NCBI GenBank assembly: GCA_044352465.1
Contig: JBILDU010000049.1
Span: forward strand, 1 to 21,572
DNA from: Bdellovibrionota bacterium
GTDB taxonomy: Bacteria > Bdellovibrionota_C > UBA2361
DNA length: 21,572 nt
Direction of reading: 5' to 3'
The notes under the pieces are model-generated. The model worked only from the letters and a program-made list of their open reading frames with translations, did not search any database and had not been told where the DNA came from. Within the stretch, counting starts at the first letter, position 1, and each line of letters opens with the position of its first letter. Positions 1 through 8,346 of this stretch are shown here, piece by piece. The translations under genes and the position numbers were made by a program.

Positions 1-270
1 TCCTTCGGGATCGCCTCGCCGGACGCCTATGAGCGTCTCCTGCTCGATGCGATGAAGGGGGATGCCACGCTCTTTACCCGAGATGATGAGATCGAGCAGG
101 CCTGGGATCTGCTCGCTCCGGTCTTGAATGTCTGGGGTGAGCCAGCGAAGATCTCCGGGAGTGGTCTCGTGAGTGGGGCGCCGGTCTACACCTATGAAGC
201 GGGTGCGTGGGGCCCCCAGGCGGCGGCGGGGCTTTTGAAGCCCTTGCATCACCGTTGGCGGCGATTGTGA
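1..270 (+). CDS. zwf: Glucose-6-phosphate 1-dehydrogenase, C-terminal fragment (truncated by window start)
   Basis: Frame 1 is open from base 1: SFGIASPDAYERLLLDAMKGDATLFTRDDEIEQAW...YEAGAWGP, the typical G6PD C-terminus; followed by opcA and pgl. Confidence 0.95.
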   Translation, partial: SFGIASPDAYERLLLDAMKGDATLFTRDDEIEQAWDLLAPVLNVWGEPAKISGSGLVSGAPVYTYEAGAWGPQAAAGLLKPLHHRWRRL

Positions 271-288
271 GTGGGGAAAGGTAGCCCG

Positions 289-1350
289 ATGTCTTCGGCC
301 TCTTACGCATACGCACCAACCTCCCCAGCGTTAATCTCAAAAGCGCTCGGGGATGTGTTCTCGGCGATGGAGAGTGGCGAACAGCGATTTAATCGCTCCG
401 CTCACACGAACGTTATAGTCGCAACTTCCTCGCGCGACACGCTCGGTGCGGTAGAGAAAACCCTCGACGCTTTGTCGTTGGTCCATCCCAGCCGCTTTTT
501 TGTGGTGTATATCGATGACTCGCTTCCTGCTGTTGCGACGGAGATATCGGCGCGTTGCCATGGATTGTCTCGCTCCGAGCATGCTTGTTCGGAGGTGGTA
601 CGGCTCGGCGCACCGCGGAGCAAGCTGGGGCTCATTCCGAGTGTCGTGCGGGGACATTTTATGGTGGGAACACCCGCCGAGTTGTATCTGGCGGATGGAG
701 CGGTGTCTCGGGAGCTCGTCGATTGTTTGACGCCGTTGGTTGATCTAACGATTTTCGACTCTGAGGATTTCGCCCATCGGCTTGATATTATCGCCGAGGT
801 TGCACGGCTCTGTCCCGCGCTCCTCGACCTCGAGTGGATTAAGCTTGGTCCGTGGCGTGATGAGATAAAGGCGGCGTTTAGTCGCGCGATCGTTCGAGAC
901 CACCTTCCCATGCTGACCGAGGTATCGATCGATGCTTCGGGGGGGCGTGGCGATATCCCGCCCTTGCACGCGCTCCTTCTGGCCGGATGGATTCTCGATC
1001 GGCTCGAGCTTGTCCGAATTCTGGGCCATCACGGCGATCTGCGCGCCTCATTTCCTCGCGGTGGGGGCCGGCAGGTGAGGCTTCGTTTCGGAGGGGGGCG
1101 CGGAGTCGTTGCGCAGATCGAAGAAGTTGCTTTTCGCTTCGGAGACGGCGCCGGTGGTGGTGCCGTGTCGTTTGTGCGCGGCCAAGGGCTTGAGACGCAT
1201 GTTGAACTGGAACGAAGGATGCGGTGGTCGCGCCCTCTCGAGGAAGAAGATCGTGAGGGCTTGATTCGGCGGTACTTTCTTATCGGCGAATCGACAGCCA
1301 ACTATAACGCTGCGCTGCGCGGGGCGTTAAGTCTGCGCTATATCGAGTGA
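289..1350 (+). CDS. opcA: Glucose-6-phosphate dehydrogenase assembly/allosteric effector OpcA family protein
   Basis: Lies between zwf and pgl; motifs HPSRFFVV, ARCH..ACSEVVRL, DLEWIKLGPWR and ALLLAGWI match OpcA. ATG at 289 has GGAAAGG upstream; the ORF track starts at GTG 271. Confidence 0.85.
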   Translation: MSSASYAYAPTSPALISKALGDVFSAMESGEQRFNRSAHTNVIVATSSRDTLGAVEKTLDALSLVHPSRFFVVYIDDSLPAVATEISARCHGLSRSEHACSEVVRLGAPRSKLGLIPSVVRGHFMVGTPAELYLADGAVSRELVDCLTPLVDLTIFDSEDFAHRLDIIAEVARLCPALLDLEWIKLGPWRDEIKAAFSRAIVRDHLPMLTEVSIDASGGRGDIPPLHALLLAGWILDRLELVRILGHHGDLRASFPRGGGRQVRLRFGGGRGVVAQIEEVAFRFGDGAGGGAVSFVRGQGLETHVELERRMRWSRPLEEEDREGLIRRYFLIGESTANYNAALRGALSLRYIE

Positions 1351-1400
1351 TGCTTTCTTTTCATTGATGTAATTGTTCTCGCAAACTTAAGGGGATAGAG

Positions 1401-2141
1401 ATGGGTGTCGCGGTCGAGGTGGTTGAGCCGGTGTTGTTCGCTGGAGTCGTAGCAGATGAGATCGTTGCGCTCATCGCCGAGGCGGTAGGTGAGCGGGGTC
1501 GGTGTTCAGTTGCGCTGGCCGGTGGGAGCACCCCCGGGGCGATCTACCGGTGTTTGGCGAAGCCCCCGCGTGTCTCGGAGGTCGATTGGTCGAAGGTTCA
1601 CCTCTTCTGGGGAGATGAGCGGTGGGTGCCGCATTCCGATAATCAAAGCAATTACCGGATGACCGAAGAGACCCTTCTCGGACAGATCCTCGGAGCCGGC
1701 CCGCACGTGCATCCAATCGATACAAGTCTTGCGGAGCCGGCGGCTGGTGCCACGGCCTACGCGGCGGAGATAGGCAAGGTGCTCGGTGATGATCCGGTTT
1801 TTGATCTGGTCATCCTCGGGATCGGTGAGGATGGCCATACGGCCTCTCTCTTCCCCCATTCAACGGCGCTCCACGAGCGTTCCCTGACCTGTGTGGCGGT
1901 TCAGCATCCCGAGGATAGGAAGTTTCGTGTCTCGCTTACCCCGGGTGTTTTGCTCAAGGCGCGCCGCATTATGTTTATCGCCAAAGGGGAGTCGAAGGCC
2001 GACATCGTGCGTCGAGTTGTGGAAGGCGGGGAGTCGTGTGAGGTGTTGCCGGCGAAGCTCTTACTCGAGGCTGGAGAGAGGGTAACGTTTTTTGTCGATT
2101 CAAGCGCGGCTTTGCGGTTGCAACGTGGAACGGTAGGATAG
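1401..2141 (+). CDS. pgl: 6-phosphogluconolactonase
   Basis: ALAGGSTP, FWGDERWVP, SNYRM and DLVILGIGEDGHTASLFP motifs; SD-like AAGGGG upstream. Confidence 0.96.
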   Translation: MGVAVEVVEPVLFAGVVADEIVALIAEAVGERGRCSVALAGGSTPGAIYRCLAKPPRVSEVDWSKVHLFWGDERWVPHSDNQSNYRMTEETLLGQILGAGPHVHPIDTSLAEPAAGATAYAAEIGKVLGDDPVFDLVILGIGEDGHTASLFPHSTALHERSLTCVAVQHPEDRKFRVSLTPGVLLKARRIMFIAKGESKADIVRRVVEGGESCEVLPAKLLLEAGERVTFFVDSSAALRLQRGTVG

Positions 2142-2145
2142 CACG

Positions 2146-3306
2146 GTGTTAAAACTAAGCATCTCCCCCGAGGTCGAAGCCTTTCGGGGCGAATTTCGGC
2201 GATGGCTCGCGGAGCAACGTATTCCCGACTCGGGGAACGATGCGGGGCTGGATACCTTTGTCCGTCTCGGGCGGGAATGGCAAGGGACGTTGGCAAGTGG
2301 AAACTGGGTAGGGGTTCATTGGCCGCGCGAATTCGGTGGTCGTTCGCTGAGCCTTGTTGAAGAAGCGGTAATACAGGAGGAGCTTGTACGGGCTCGCTCG
2401 CCCCAGCTCCTCGGTCTTTTTGGCCTCACGATGGTGGGGCCCGTGCTCATAAAATATGGCACTCCCGAGCAGAAGAAGCGATTCCTCCCACATATTCTCA
2501 CCGCGCAAGAGATCTGGTGCCAAGGATTCTCCGAGCCTGGTGCGGGGAGTGATCTCGCTGCGATTAAGACACGAGCGCGGGTAACGCCCGAGGGATTCTA
2601 CATCACCGGCCAAAAGATCTGGACCAGCTTCGCTCATATCGCCGACTGGTGCTTTGTTTTGTGTCGCACGGCGGCTGAGGAAGGCCGTCACAGCGGACTC
2701 TCCTACCTTCTTGTGGATATGAAGACCCCGGGGATCTCAACCCGTCCGCTTCGGCAGATTTCGGGGGACCGTGAGTTTAACGAGGTCTTCTTCGATGAGG
2801 TTTTCGTCCCCAGTGATCGGATCGTCGGCGCTCTGGGGGATGGTTGGAAGATCGCCATTTCAACGTTGATGTACGAACGGGTGGTCTTAACCTTTGCCCG
2901 GCAACTGCAGTCGGAGGTCGCTTTACGGGGACTGATCGACCGCGCGAGCGGCGGCAGCGATCCAGTTCGGTCGCGGGACCTTTCTCGGGAGATCGCTCGG
3001 GCCTGTGCGGTCCGCGCGCTGGCGTACGATCACCTGCTCGACTACGCTGCCGGGGGGTCGCCAGGGCCTGAGGGGTCGATGGACAAGCTTTTGTGGAGCG
3101 AGTCCTTTCAGTCGATCGCCAAGGTAGCGCTCCAGTGCGAGGGGGCCCGGGCTGCGTTACGCGAAGACGATCCAGATCTAGGGCCTGAGGTCCATCGGTA
3201 TCTGTATTCACGCGGTCGTACGATCGCGGCCGGGACCTCGGAGATTCAACGCTCGATCATCGCCGAAAGAGTCCTAGGTCTGCCACGTCTGAAGTTCACC
3301 TCTTAG
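2146..3306 (+). CDS. Acyl-CoA dehydrogenase family protein (FadE17/FadE26/IpdE1-like subgroup)
   Basis: WPREFGGR, WCQGFSEPGAGSDLA, GQKIWTS, FNEVFFDEVFVP and TIAAGTSEIQR motifs; GTG start after a 4-nt gap from the pgl stop. Confidence 0.93.
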   Translation: MLKLSISPEVEAFRGEFRRWLAEQRIPDSGNDAGLDTFVRLGREWQGTLASGNWVGVHWPREFGGRSLSLVEEAVIQEELVRARSPQLLGLFGLTMVGPVLIKYGTPEQKKRFLPHILTAQEIWCQGFSEPGAGSDLAAIKTRARVTPEGFYITGQKIWTSFAHIADWCFVLCRTAAEEGRHSGLSYLLVDMKTPGISTRPLRQISGDREFNEVFFDEVFVPSDRIVGALGDGWKIAISTLMYERVVLTFARQLQSEVALRGLIDRASGGSDPVRSRDLSREIARACAVRALAYDHLLDYAAGGSPGPEGSMDKLLWSESFQSIAKVALQCEGARAALREDDPDLGPEVHRYLYSRGRTIAAGTSEIQRSIIAERVLGLPRLKFTS

Positions 3307-3395
3307 GCTTGGCGGGAGTTGTCTCGGACAGCGGCGATGATGCTCTGCCAGTTTTTGGTTGCTGGCGAATTACTCCTCAGTTAAGGTCAAGGACT

Positions 3396-3692
3396 ATGAA
3401 ACTACACCGAATTATCCCCGTTTTGGCCGTCCTCACTTCGCTGAGCGGCTGTTATAATCTATCGCTTCAGAGTGGCCCCACTGGTGGTAAGCTCATCGAG
3501 CGAAGACATAATCTTTTTGCGTTAGGTTTCTACGGGGATCCAACGGTCGATCTGAAGCGTGAATGCCCCGGGGGAGCCGGAAACGTCTCCAGTCGCTTCA
3601 CTGCGCAGGACGTTCTTCTGACCGTGGCGTCGATAGGAATCTACTCACCCCGGACCCTTACGATAGAGTGTTCAGCAAATCCACGCAGTTAA
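3396..3692 (+). CDS. Bor/Iss-family small lipoprotein
   Basis: ATG 3396 preceded by AAGGA; signal peptide MKLHRIIPVLAVLTSLSG-C with lipobox; HNLFALG..VDLKRECPGG...LLTVASIGIYSPRTLTIEC matches the Bor-family pattern. Confidence 0.8.
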   Translation: MKLHRIIPVLAVLTSLSGCYNLSLQSGPTGGKLIERRHNLFALGFYGDPTVDLKRECPGGAGNVSSRFTAQDVLLTVASIGIYSPRTLTIECSANPRS

Positions 3693-3722
3693 TTTCCCTC
3701 CGCGGTCGCCGCTATTCATATT

Positions 3723-4086
3723 CCAAGGTTCGGCGCGCGAATTGTTTTCGTAGAAGCACGGGAGGTCGGTCGGCCTGAGTCGTTCTATGTGAATCTTCTG
3801 GGGGCGCGTGTGGCCGAGCGCTCAGGCTCCATCCGCGCATTCGCTCGGGCTCTATCACTCCGCGGTTGAGGCGGCGGTCGGCGCAGGTTTGTTGCGGGCG
3901 GTGGATAAACTTGAGGATATGGGCGTCGACTAGACTCTGGTCCACCATGGGATAAGTTAGGTGCTCTACTGCTCCGACCCTGACGGTAACGGAGTGGAGA
4001 TATTGCTTGACCGGCGACAAAAGCCGGGCGGCGCGGAGCTCTGGCACGGAAGTAGTCGGCGGTTGAGCCGAAAAGATATCGAATGA
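3723..4086 (+). pseudogene. Degraded VOC/glyoxalase (extradiol dioxygenase-like) family gene
   Basis: Manual translation: frame 3 gives ..REVGRPESFYVNLLGARVAERSG; frame 1 gives LGLYHSAVE..VDKLEDMGVD*TLVHHGIS*VLYCSDPDGNGVEILLDRRQKPGGAELWHG. One frameshift, TAG stops at 3931 and 3958, no clear start codon. Boundaries are approximate. Confidence 0.8.
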
Positions 4087-4127
4087 TTGAGGGTGCTCTC
4101 CGGTGCATCGAAGATGACGGCGAAGCT

Positions 4128-5093
4128 CTAACTCCGCGCAGTTTCTTTCCGACCGCGTTCCATCGTTCGTACCGCTGCATACAACGCTCGATTGAGAGGG
4201 GTGGGTATCTGTGCCGCCTGTGCGGCCGCGAGGAAGCGGCCGGTAATCGCATCGATCTCAGTGAGCCGACCGGCTCGAAGGTCAGTGAGCATGGAATTTA
4301 GATTTCCGGCATGAGGGGCAAGGAGCTTCAAAAACTCAGCGGGAGTAAGGGGTGGTAAATCTATTCCCTGATGAGTTGCGACGAGCTCAATCTCTCGCAG
4401 GAGGGGCGCGAGGAGGGCGGTGAGCGCCGCCTCACTCCCGAGAGCGCCGTTGGTCGTCTGCGCCAGGGCGCATAAGGGATTTACGATTAGGTTTGTGCGT
4501 GCTTTGCGCCACTCCGCTTGCTCCACGTCATCTTCGCAAACGACTGAGGCTCCGACTCGACCTAGCCTCTGCGCGAGTTCATCACGAATCGGGTGGTGCT
4601 CAATGGCTGCAGCCAGGGCGATCTTCAATTCCCCCGCGAGAACCACTTCATGCGGGCTCTGGAGGTATGCTCCGAACGACGGGAGCGCCCGAAGAACGGT
4701 GCACCGGTGCGCCAGGAGCGTTTCCCCCTCCGCATATATCCCGAGCCCGTTGGAGAATATCGTGACCACCGATTCTTTGGTGAGCAGAGGGGCTATCTCC
4801 GCAAGGGCGGAGCGGAGTTGATGTGCCTTAACGGTGAGCCAAAAGTCGGCTGGTCCGCTCACTCGAGGCGCCTCTTCGATCGCATAAACGGGAAGATGTC
4901 CCACGGGAAGGCTCGCGCTCTGGGCCCCACAGAGAGAAAGTGAACACTCGGAGAGCACATCCCGTCGTTCGCGGCGCGCGAGAAGGCAAACAGGGTACGC
5001 TCTTCGGGCAATAATCGCGAGGGTTAACCCGACCGCGCCTGGGCCGACGACGAAGATGGGCACGTTGGTGCGGTCGATGGCCGCAGCTCTCAT
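4128..5093 (-). CDS. panE: 2-dehydropantoate 2-reductase (ketopantoate reductase, PanE/ApbA family)
   Basis: VVGPGAVG Rossmann motif, LTVKAHQ, SNGLG, EWRK..N..VNPLCAL and SML.DL..GRLTEIDAITG retain the catalytic Lys/Glu motifs. Confidence 0.88.
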   Translation of the reverse strand: MRAAAIDRTNVPIFVVGPGAVGLTLAIIARRAYPVCLLARRERRDVLSECSLSLCGAQSASLPVGHLPVYAIEEAPRVSGPADFWLTVKAHQLRSALAEIAPLLTKESVVTIFSNGLGIYAEGETLLAHRCTVLRALPSFGAYLQSPHEVVLAGELKIALAAAIEHHPIRDELAQRLGRVGASVVCEDDVEQAEWRKARTNLIVNPLCALAQTTNGALGSEAALTALLAPLLREIELVATHQGIDLPPLTPAEFLKLLAPHAGNLNSMLTDLRAGRLTEIDAITGRFLAAAQAAQIPTPLNRALYAAVRTMERGRKETARS

Positions 5094-5228
5094 AGCGGGT
5101 GACTTTTCATTTGGTTTGCAGGTCTCTTAGCGGTAGCTTACCATGGCGGGATGGGTAGCAACACGGGGATGTTCTCCTCGTCACACGCGGAACGCCGCTA
5201 GAGAGGTAAGACTTCGAGGATAAAACGT

Positions 5229-5795
5229 ATGGCACGTCTAGGTATTTTGATCGGCGTTCTGCTGATCGTATTCCCCGCACTCTTTGGTACCGCGGTTGCT
5301 GCTCCAAGCGATCCGGCCGGCGTTGTGACTGAAATGGTGGTGAAGATAAAAGCGTTACGGAGCTCCGCTCCGGTAGTTGAGTACGTTCACTGGGAGACCG
5401 CCTTTCAAGGAGTCAGTGAGGCTGAACGTGTGGCGCGCGGATTTCGAAGTCCGGTGGAGATGAAAAATTACTACACCCTGCTTCTTGGGGATCCGGAGCG
5501 GTTTGCTCGGAGCGAGGTCGCTCGGCAGACCGCTGTGGTGCCACCCGAACAGCGGGCGCAGGTGGAGAAAGCTCTTGAGGCCTCGCTTGATCAGATTCGA
5601 GGGGCGCGCGACCGTATGCGGGAGCAGTTTCGGGAGATTCAATTTGAGGTTGGCGAAGCCACGATCAGCGGCGATTCCGCCCGGGTAGTTGTGACGACGA
5701 AAATAGGTCAGGAGACCGTGCAAGGCCCCGTCGATCTCATTCAACGTGAGGGCCGTTGGTATCTCCCCTCGGTACTTTTCGCGACGAGTCGTTAG
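5229..5795 (+). CDS. Exported hypothetical protein, possibly NTF2-like/DUF4878-like fold
   Basis: GAGGA SD; N-terminal hydrophobic signal peptide ending AVA-A; the C-terminal EATISGDSARVVV...VDLIQREGRWYL pattern is typical of NTF2-like exported proteins. The fold is an inference. Confidence 0.7.
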   Translation: MARLGILIGVLLIVFPALFGTAVAAPSDPAGVVTEMVVKIKALRSSAPVVEYVHWETAFQGVSEAERVARGFRSPVEMKNYYTLLLGDPERFARSEVARQTAVVPPEQRAQVEKALEASLDQIRGARDRMREQFREIQFEVGEATISGDSARVVVTTKIGQETVQGPVDLIQREGRWYLPSVLFATSR

Positions 5796-5815
5796 CGGGG
5801 TTGGGTGCTGGAGCG

Positions 5816-5840
5816 GGGAGAGCGGGTGCTCCGCTCTCCC
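5816..5840. terminator. GC-rich hairpin between convergent genes, possible terminator or 3'-end stabiliser
   Basis: GGGAGAGCGG-gtgct-CCGCTCTCCC perfect 10-bp stem between the stops at 5795 and 5856; no U-tract on either side. Confidence 0.45.
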
Positions 5841-5855
5841 TCGTCCGTAGCGGAG

Positions 5856-8123
5856 CTATATCGCGTGCCGCACCGGCTCGACACCTTCCTCCCACAGCGC
5901 CAGAAGCTCGCGCGCCTGCCGTAGTGGCAGGGCGTAATGGTTGCGCGAGTACTCAAGGAGCTTGTGCAGGGTGTCGGTATCCTCGCTTGGGCGGGGCAGG
6001 TCAAGGGTAACCCCCGAGAACCCCATCTGCGCCACCGAGTTAATGTTCATCTTGATGTAGAAATCCCGCGGGCCAAGATTGATCATATCGTCGACACCGA
6101 AGCGGGGACTGAACTCAGCCGCTAAAATACCTGCGTCTTCGCCGCTTACCCGGAAGGTGAGCAGATTTCCGACGTTACCAAAGAGCGTCCGGCGTACCTC
6201 ACTCGATAGCTGCCCAAGGTATTGGTTCGCCATCGTGAAGTTCAGCTTATATTTTCGGGATTCGCTTAAGATCTCGACGAAACTCTCCGTCGCGAAGTTT
6301 TGAAATTCATCGATATAGAAATAGAAATCCTTCCGCTCCTCCGGGGCTTGGTCGGCCCGAGAGAGCGCGGCGGCGTAGATCTTAGCGATAATAATCGAGC
6401 CAAGGAGCGAGGCATTGTCCGCCCCCACAACCCCTTTCGACAGCTTCATGAGAAGGATCTTCCGGTTATCGATAATCTCGCGAAAATCGAACCGGTTGAG
6501 GGGTTGGCCGAAGATGTTTCGGAGCATGTCGGTCGCAAAGAGCTGCCCGAGACGGTTCAGGAGTGGCGCAACCGCAGCGCCCTGGAGCTCGTCGCGACGC
6601 TTCTCGAACTCGACTTCCCAGAAATATCTCACCGATGAGTCTTCGACGCCGTGAATGACGAGGGTTCGGTAGCGCTCATCCATGAGGAAGCGTCGCAGCG
6701 AAAGCAGGGTGGTGCCCGATTGGGAAAGGAGCGCGAGGAGGGAATAACGCAGCACGTGGGCAACTTGGTCGTTCCACGCCGAGCCGAAAGCTCGCCGGAA
6801 GACGTCAACGAGGCTCTGGGCCACCCGCAGCGAGAGCTCCGCGGGCACATCGGCGAGCGGATTGAAACTCGGTGGGAAATTGACATCGCTCGGATCAAAA
6901 AGCACCACGTCCTTCAATCGGTTGGCTGGCACCGTGCGGAGAATATTGTCCACGAGGTCGCCGTGAGGATCGAGTACGGCGCAGCCGAACCCCTGCTCGA
7001 TGTCGTTTTTTACCAGGAGCTGGAGGAGGCATGATTTTCCGGTGCCTGACTTTCCGACGACGTACATGTGTCGTTGCCGATCCTCCCGTCGAATGCCGAA
7101 CGGCACCCGGTGTTCACGAAAATCGGTGCGTCCAAAGAACGATATCGTCGAATCGTTGAGGTCTTGGGGGAGGCTGGCGGGTGGCCCGGCCTTGACTGCC
7201 AGCACCGCCGCGGTGTTGGGGAGCGCCGACAGCTTTGGCGGATGCCACAGCGTCGTAAGCTCGGTATTCGTTAGCGCCATGATCCGGCCAAACGAGCGCT
7301 TACGAAAAGGTTTCATCGCGTGAAGGCCACGCTTAATGCCGGTCATCGCAAAGCTATTCTCGTCCGGGGTGTTCATGAATGAGAGTGCCCCCACGACCGC
7401 GCGCACGTGATCCACCGGGTCTTTGCCCCGACGGTTCCCGAGCGAGTCGGAGACGGTGTTTCCCTGATGTTCCTTCGGCGGCGGAATAATGGCAGCGATC
7501 CGAATCGTCACGCAGTACATCCGGCGACGACACTTCTCGTCGATCTTCTGCCGCATCGGTTTAACAACATCCCGCTTAAACCAGTATTTCGGGCGAAAAT
7601 AGAAGGTCAGCGCATCCCACGAACGTGCCGCCCGAATGCGCGCATGAAATCCGGCTGAGTCCTTAATACGCTGGCAGACGATCTGGATAATAATCTGGTC
7701 ATCGGTCGGCAGTTGCGAGAGGACGCCGGCTACCGGAGCCAACGATTCGGTCTTTAGCGCGGTGTAATTCTGCAACGGGTAGATGTCGCTGCGGGTGAGC
7801 TTCAATTCCGTTGTAGCAACCTGAGCCTTTTCATCGATGTTGTGGGTGTAGTCCTCGATTTCGACTATCTGCGCGTCGGAGAACATCGTGTACACCGCCG
7901 AGGAGAGGATCTCGATAGTAACGTCATCGGGTGCGGTGAAGCACATGAGGATGAGTTGTTGGGTGGAGAACATCTCGCAAGAAAACGACCCGGCGACACT
8001 ATCGTGGATCTCGTCCAGAAGTTGTTCAAACAGCGAGCTCGCCGTAACGCTCCACGTCGTCTCGTATATCGCTCCCGCCTCCGTTACCACCGAGCGGGGG
8101 AGTCGCATTGCCATCGTTCTCAT
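5856..8123 (-). CDS. VirD4/TrwB/HerA-like P-loop ATPase (T4SS DNA-binding/coupling-protein domain) with a ~330-aa N-terminal domain
   Basis: DRQRHMYVVGKSGTGKS (Walker A, 7032-7055), VLDPHGDL, FNPL, FYFYIDEFQNF (Walker B), LSESRKYKLNFTMANQYLGQL and GNVGNLLTFRV. Confidence 0.88.
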   Translation of the reverse strand: MRTMAMRLPRSVVTEAGAIYETTWSVTASSLFEQLLDEIHDSVAGSFSCEMFSTQQLILMCFTAPDDVTIEILSSAVYTMFSDAQIVEIEDYTHNIDEKAQVATTELKLTRSDIYPLQNYTALKTESLAPVAGVLSQLPTDDQIIIQIVCQRIKDSAGFHARIRAARSWDALTFYFRPKYWFKRDVVKPMRQKIDEKCRRRMYCVTIRIAAIIPPPKEHQGNTVSDSLGNRRGKDPVDHVRAVVGALSFMNTPDENSFAMTGIKRGLHAMKPFRKRSFGRIMALTNTELTTLWHPPKLSALPNTAAVLAVKAGPPASLPQDLNDSTISFFGRTDFREHRVPFGIRREDRQRHMYVVGKSGTGKSCLLQLLVKNDIEQGFGCAVLDPHGDLVDNILRTVPANRLKDVVLFDPSDVNFPPSFNPLADVPAELSLRVAQSLVDVFRRAFGSAWNDQVAHVLRYSLLALLSQSGTTLLSLRRFLMDERYRTLVIHGVEDSSVRYFWEVEFEKRRDELQGAAVAPLLNRLGQLFATDMLRNIFGQPLNRFDFREIIDNRKILLMKLSKGVVGADNASLLGSIIIAKIYAAALSRADQAPEERKDFYFYIDEFQNFATESFVEILSESRKYKLNFTMANQYLGQLSSEVRRTLFGNVGNLLTFRVSGEDAGILAAEFSPRFGVDDMINLGPRDFYIKMNINSVAQMGFSGVTLDLPRPSEDTDTLHKLLEYSRNHYALPLRQARELLALWEEGVEPVRHAI

Positions 8124-8159
8124 AGCGGGCTCGTTCCTCTCTCGAAAAATCGTCGCTTT

Positions 8160-8187
8160 ATTCTAACATTTTTTAGGGGCTATCATA
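8160..8187 (-). promoter_or_regulatory. Candidate promoter(s) for the ATPase gene
   Basis: Minus strand has TG-T-TAGAAT (extended -10, 8168-8160) and a second TATGAT (8187-8182); AGAGAGGA SD-like sequence lies before ATG 8123. Confidence 0.45.
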
Positions 8188-8346
8188 CCGCCGAGAGCTC
8201 AGCCGGCGGTGTCTAACCCGTTTATATGACGACATTTTTCGCGGGCGACCTGAGGGTTCGCGAAAAGCGTATTGTTTTTAGGGGCTTAGGGGTCGCTCGC
8301 GGTTTGACTCAGCGCCGGTCGCTCGGGCTCGGGGGTGGTTTCCCGA

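Noticed and set aside
3309..3357. Terminator after the acyl-CoA dehydrogenase (TGGCGGG...TCTGCCA-GTTTTT)
   Set aside because: The stem is imperfect with a large branched loop; plausible but too weak to call.
3931..3960. Amber (TAG) recoding or pyrrolysine read-through in the VOC remnant
   Set aside because: The gene also has a frameshift and no start codon, and TAG is a normal stop for pgl, tsf, pyrH, frr, tsaB and rho in this window.
3712..4252. Minus-strand ORFs of 111 aa and 155 aa
   Set aside because: No family motifs; they are antisense shadows of the VOC pseudogene or overlap panE.
5856..8123. Conjugative element, ICE or HerA-type defence island
   Set aside because: No integrase, relaxase, VirB genes, att-like repeats or adjacent nuclease/Sir2 effector visible.
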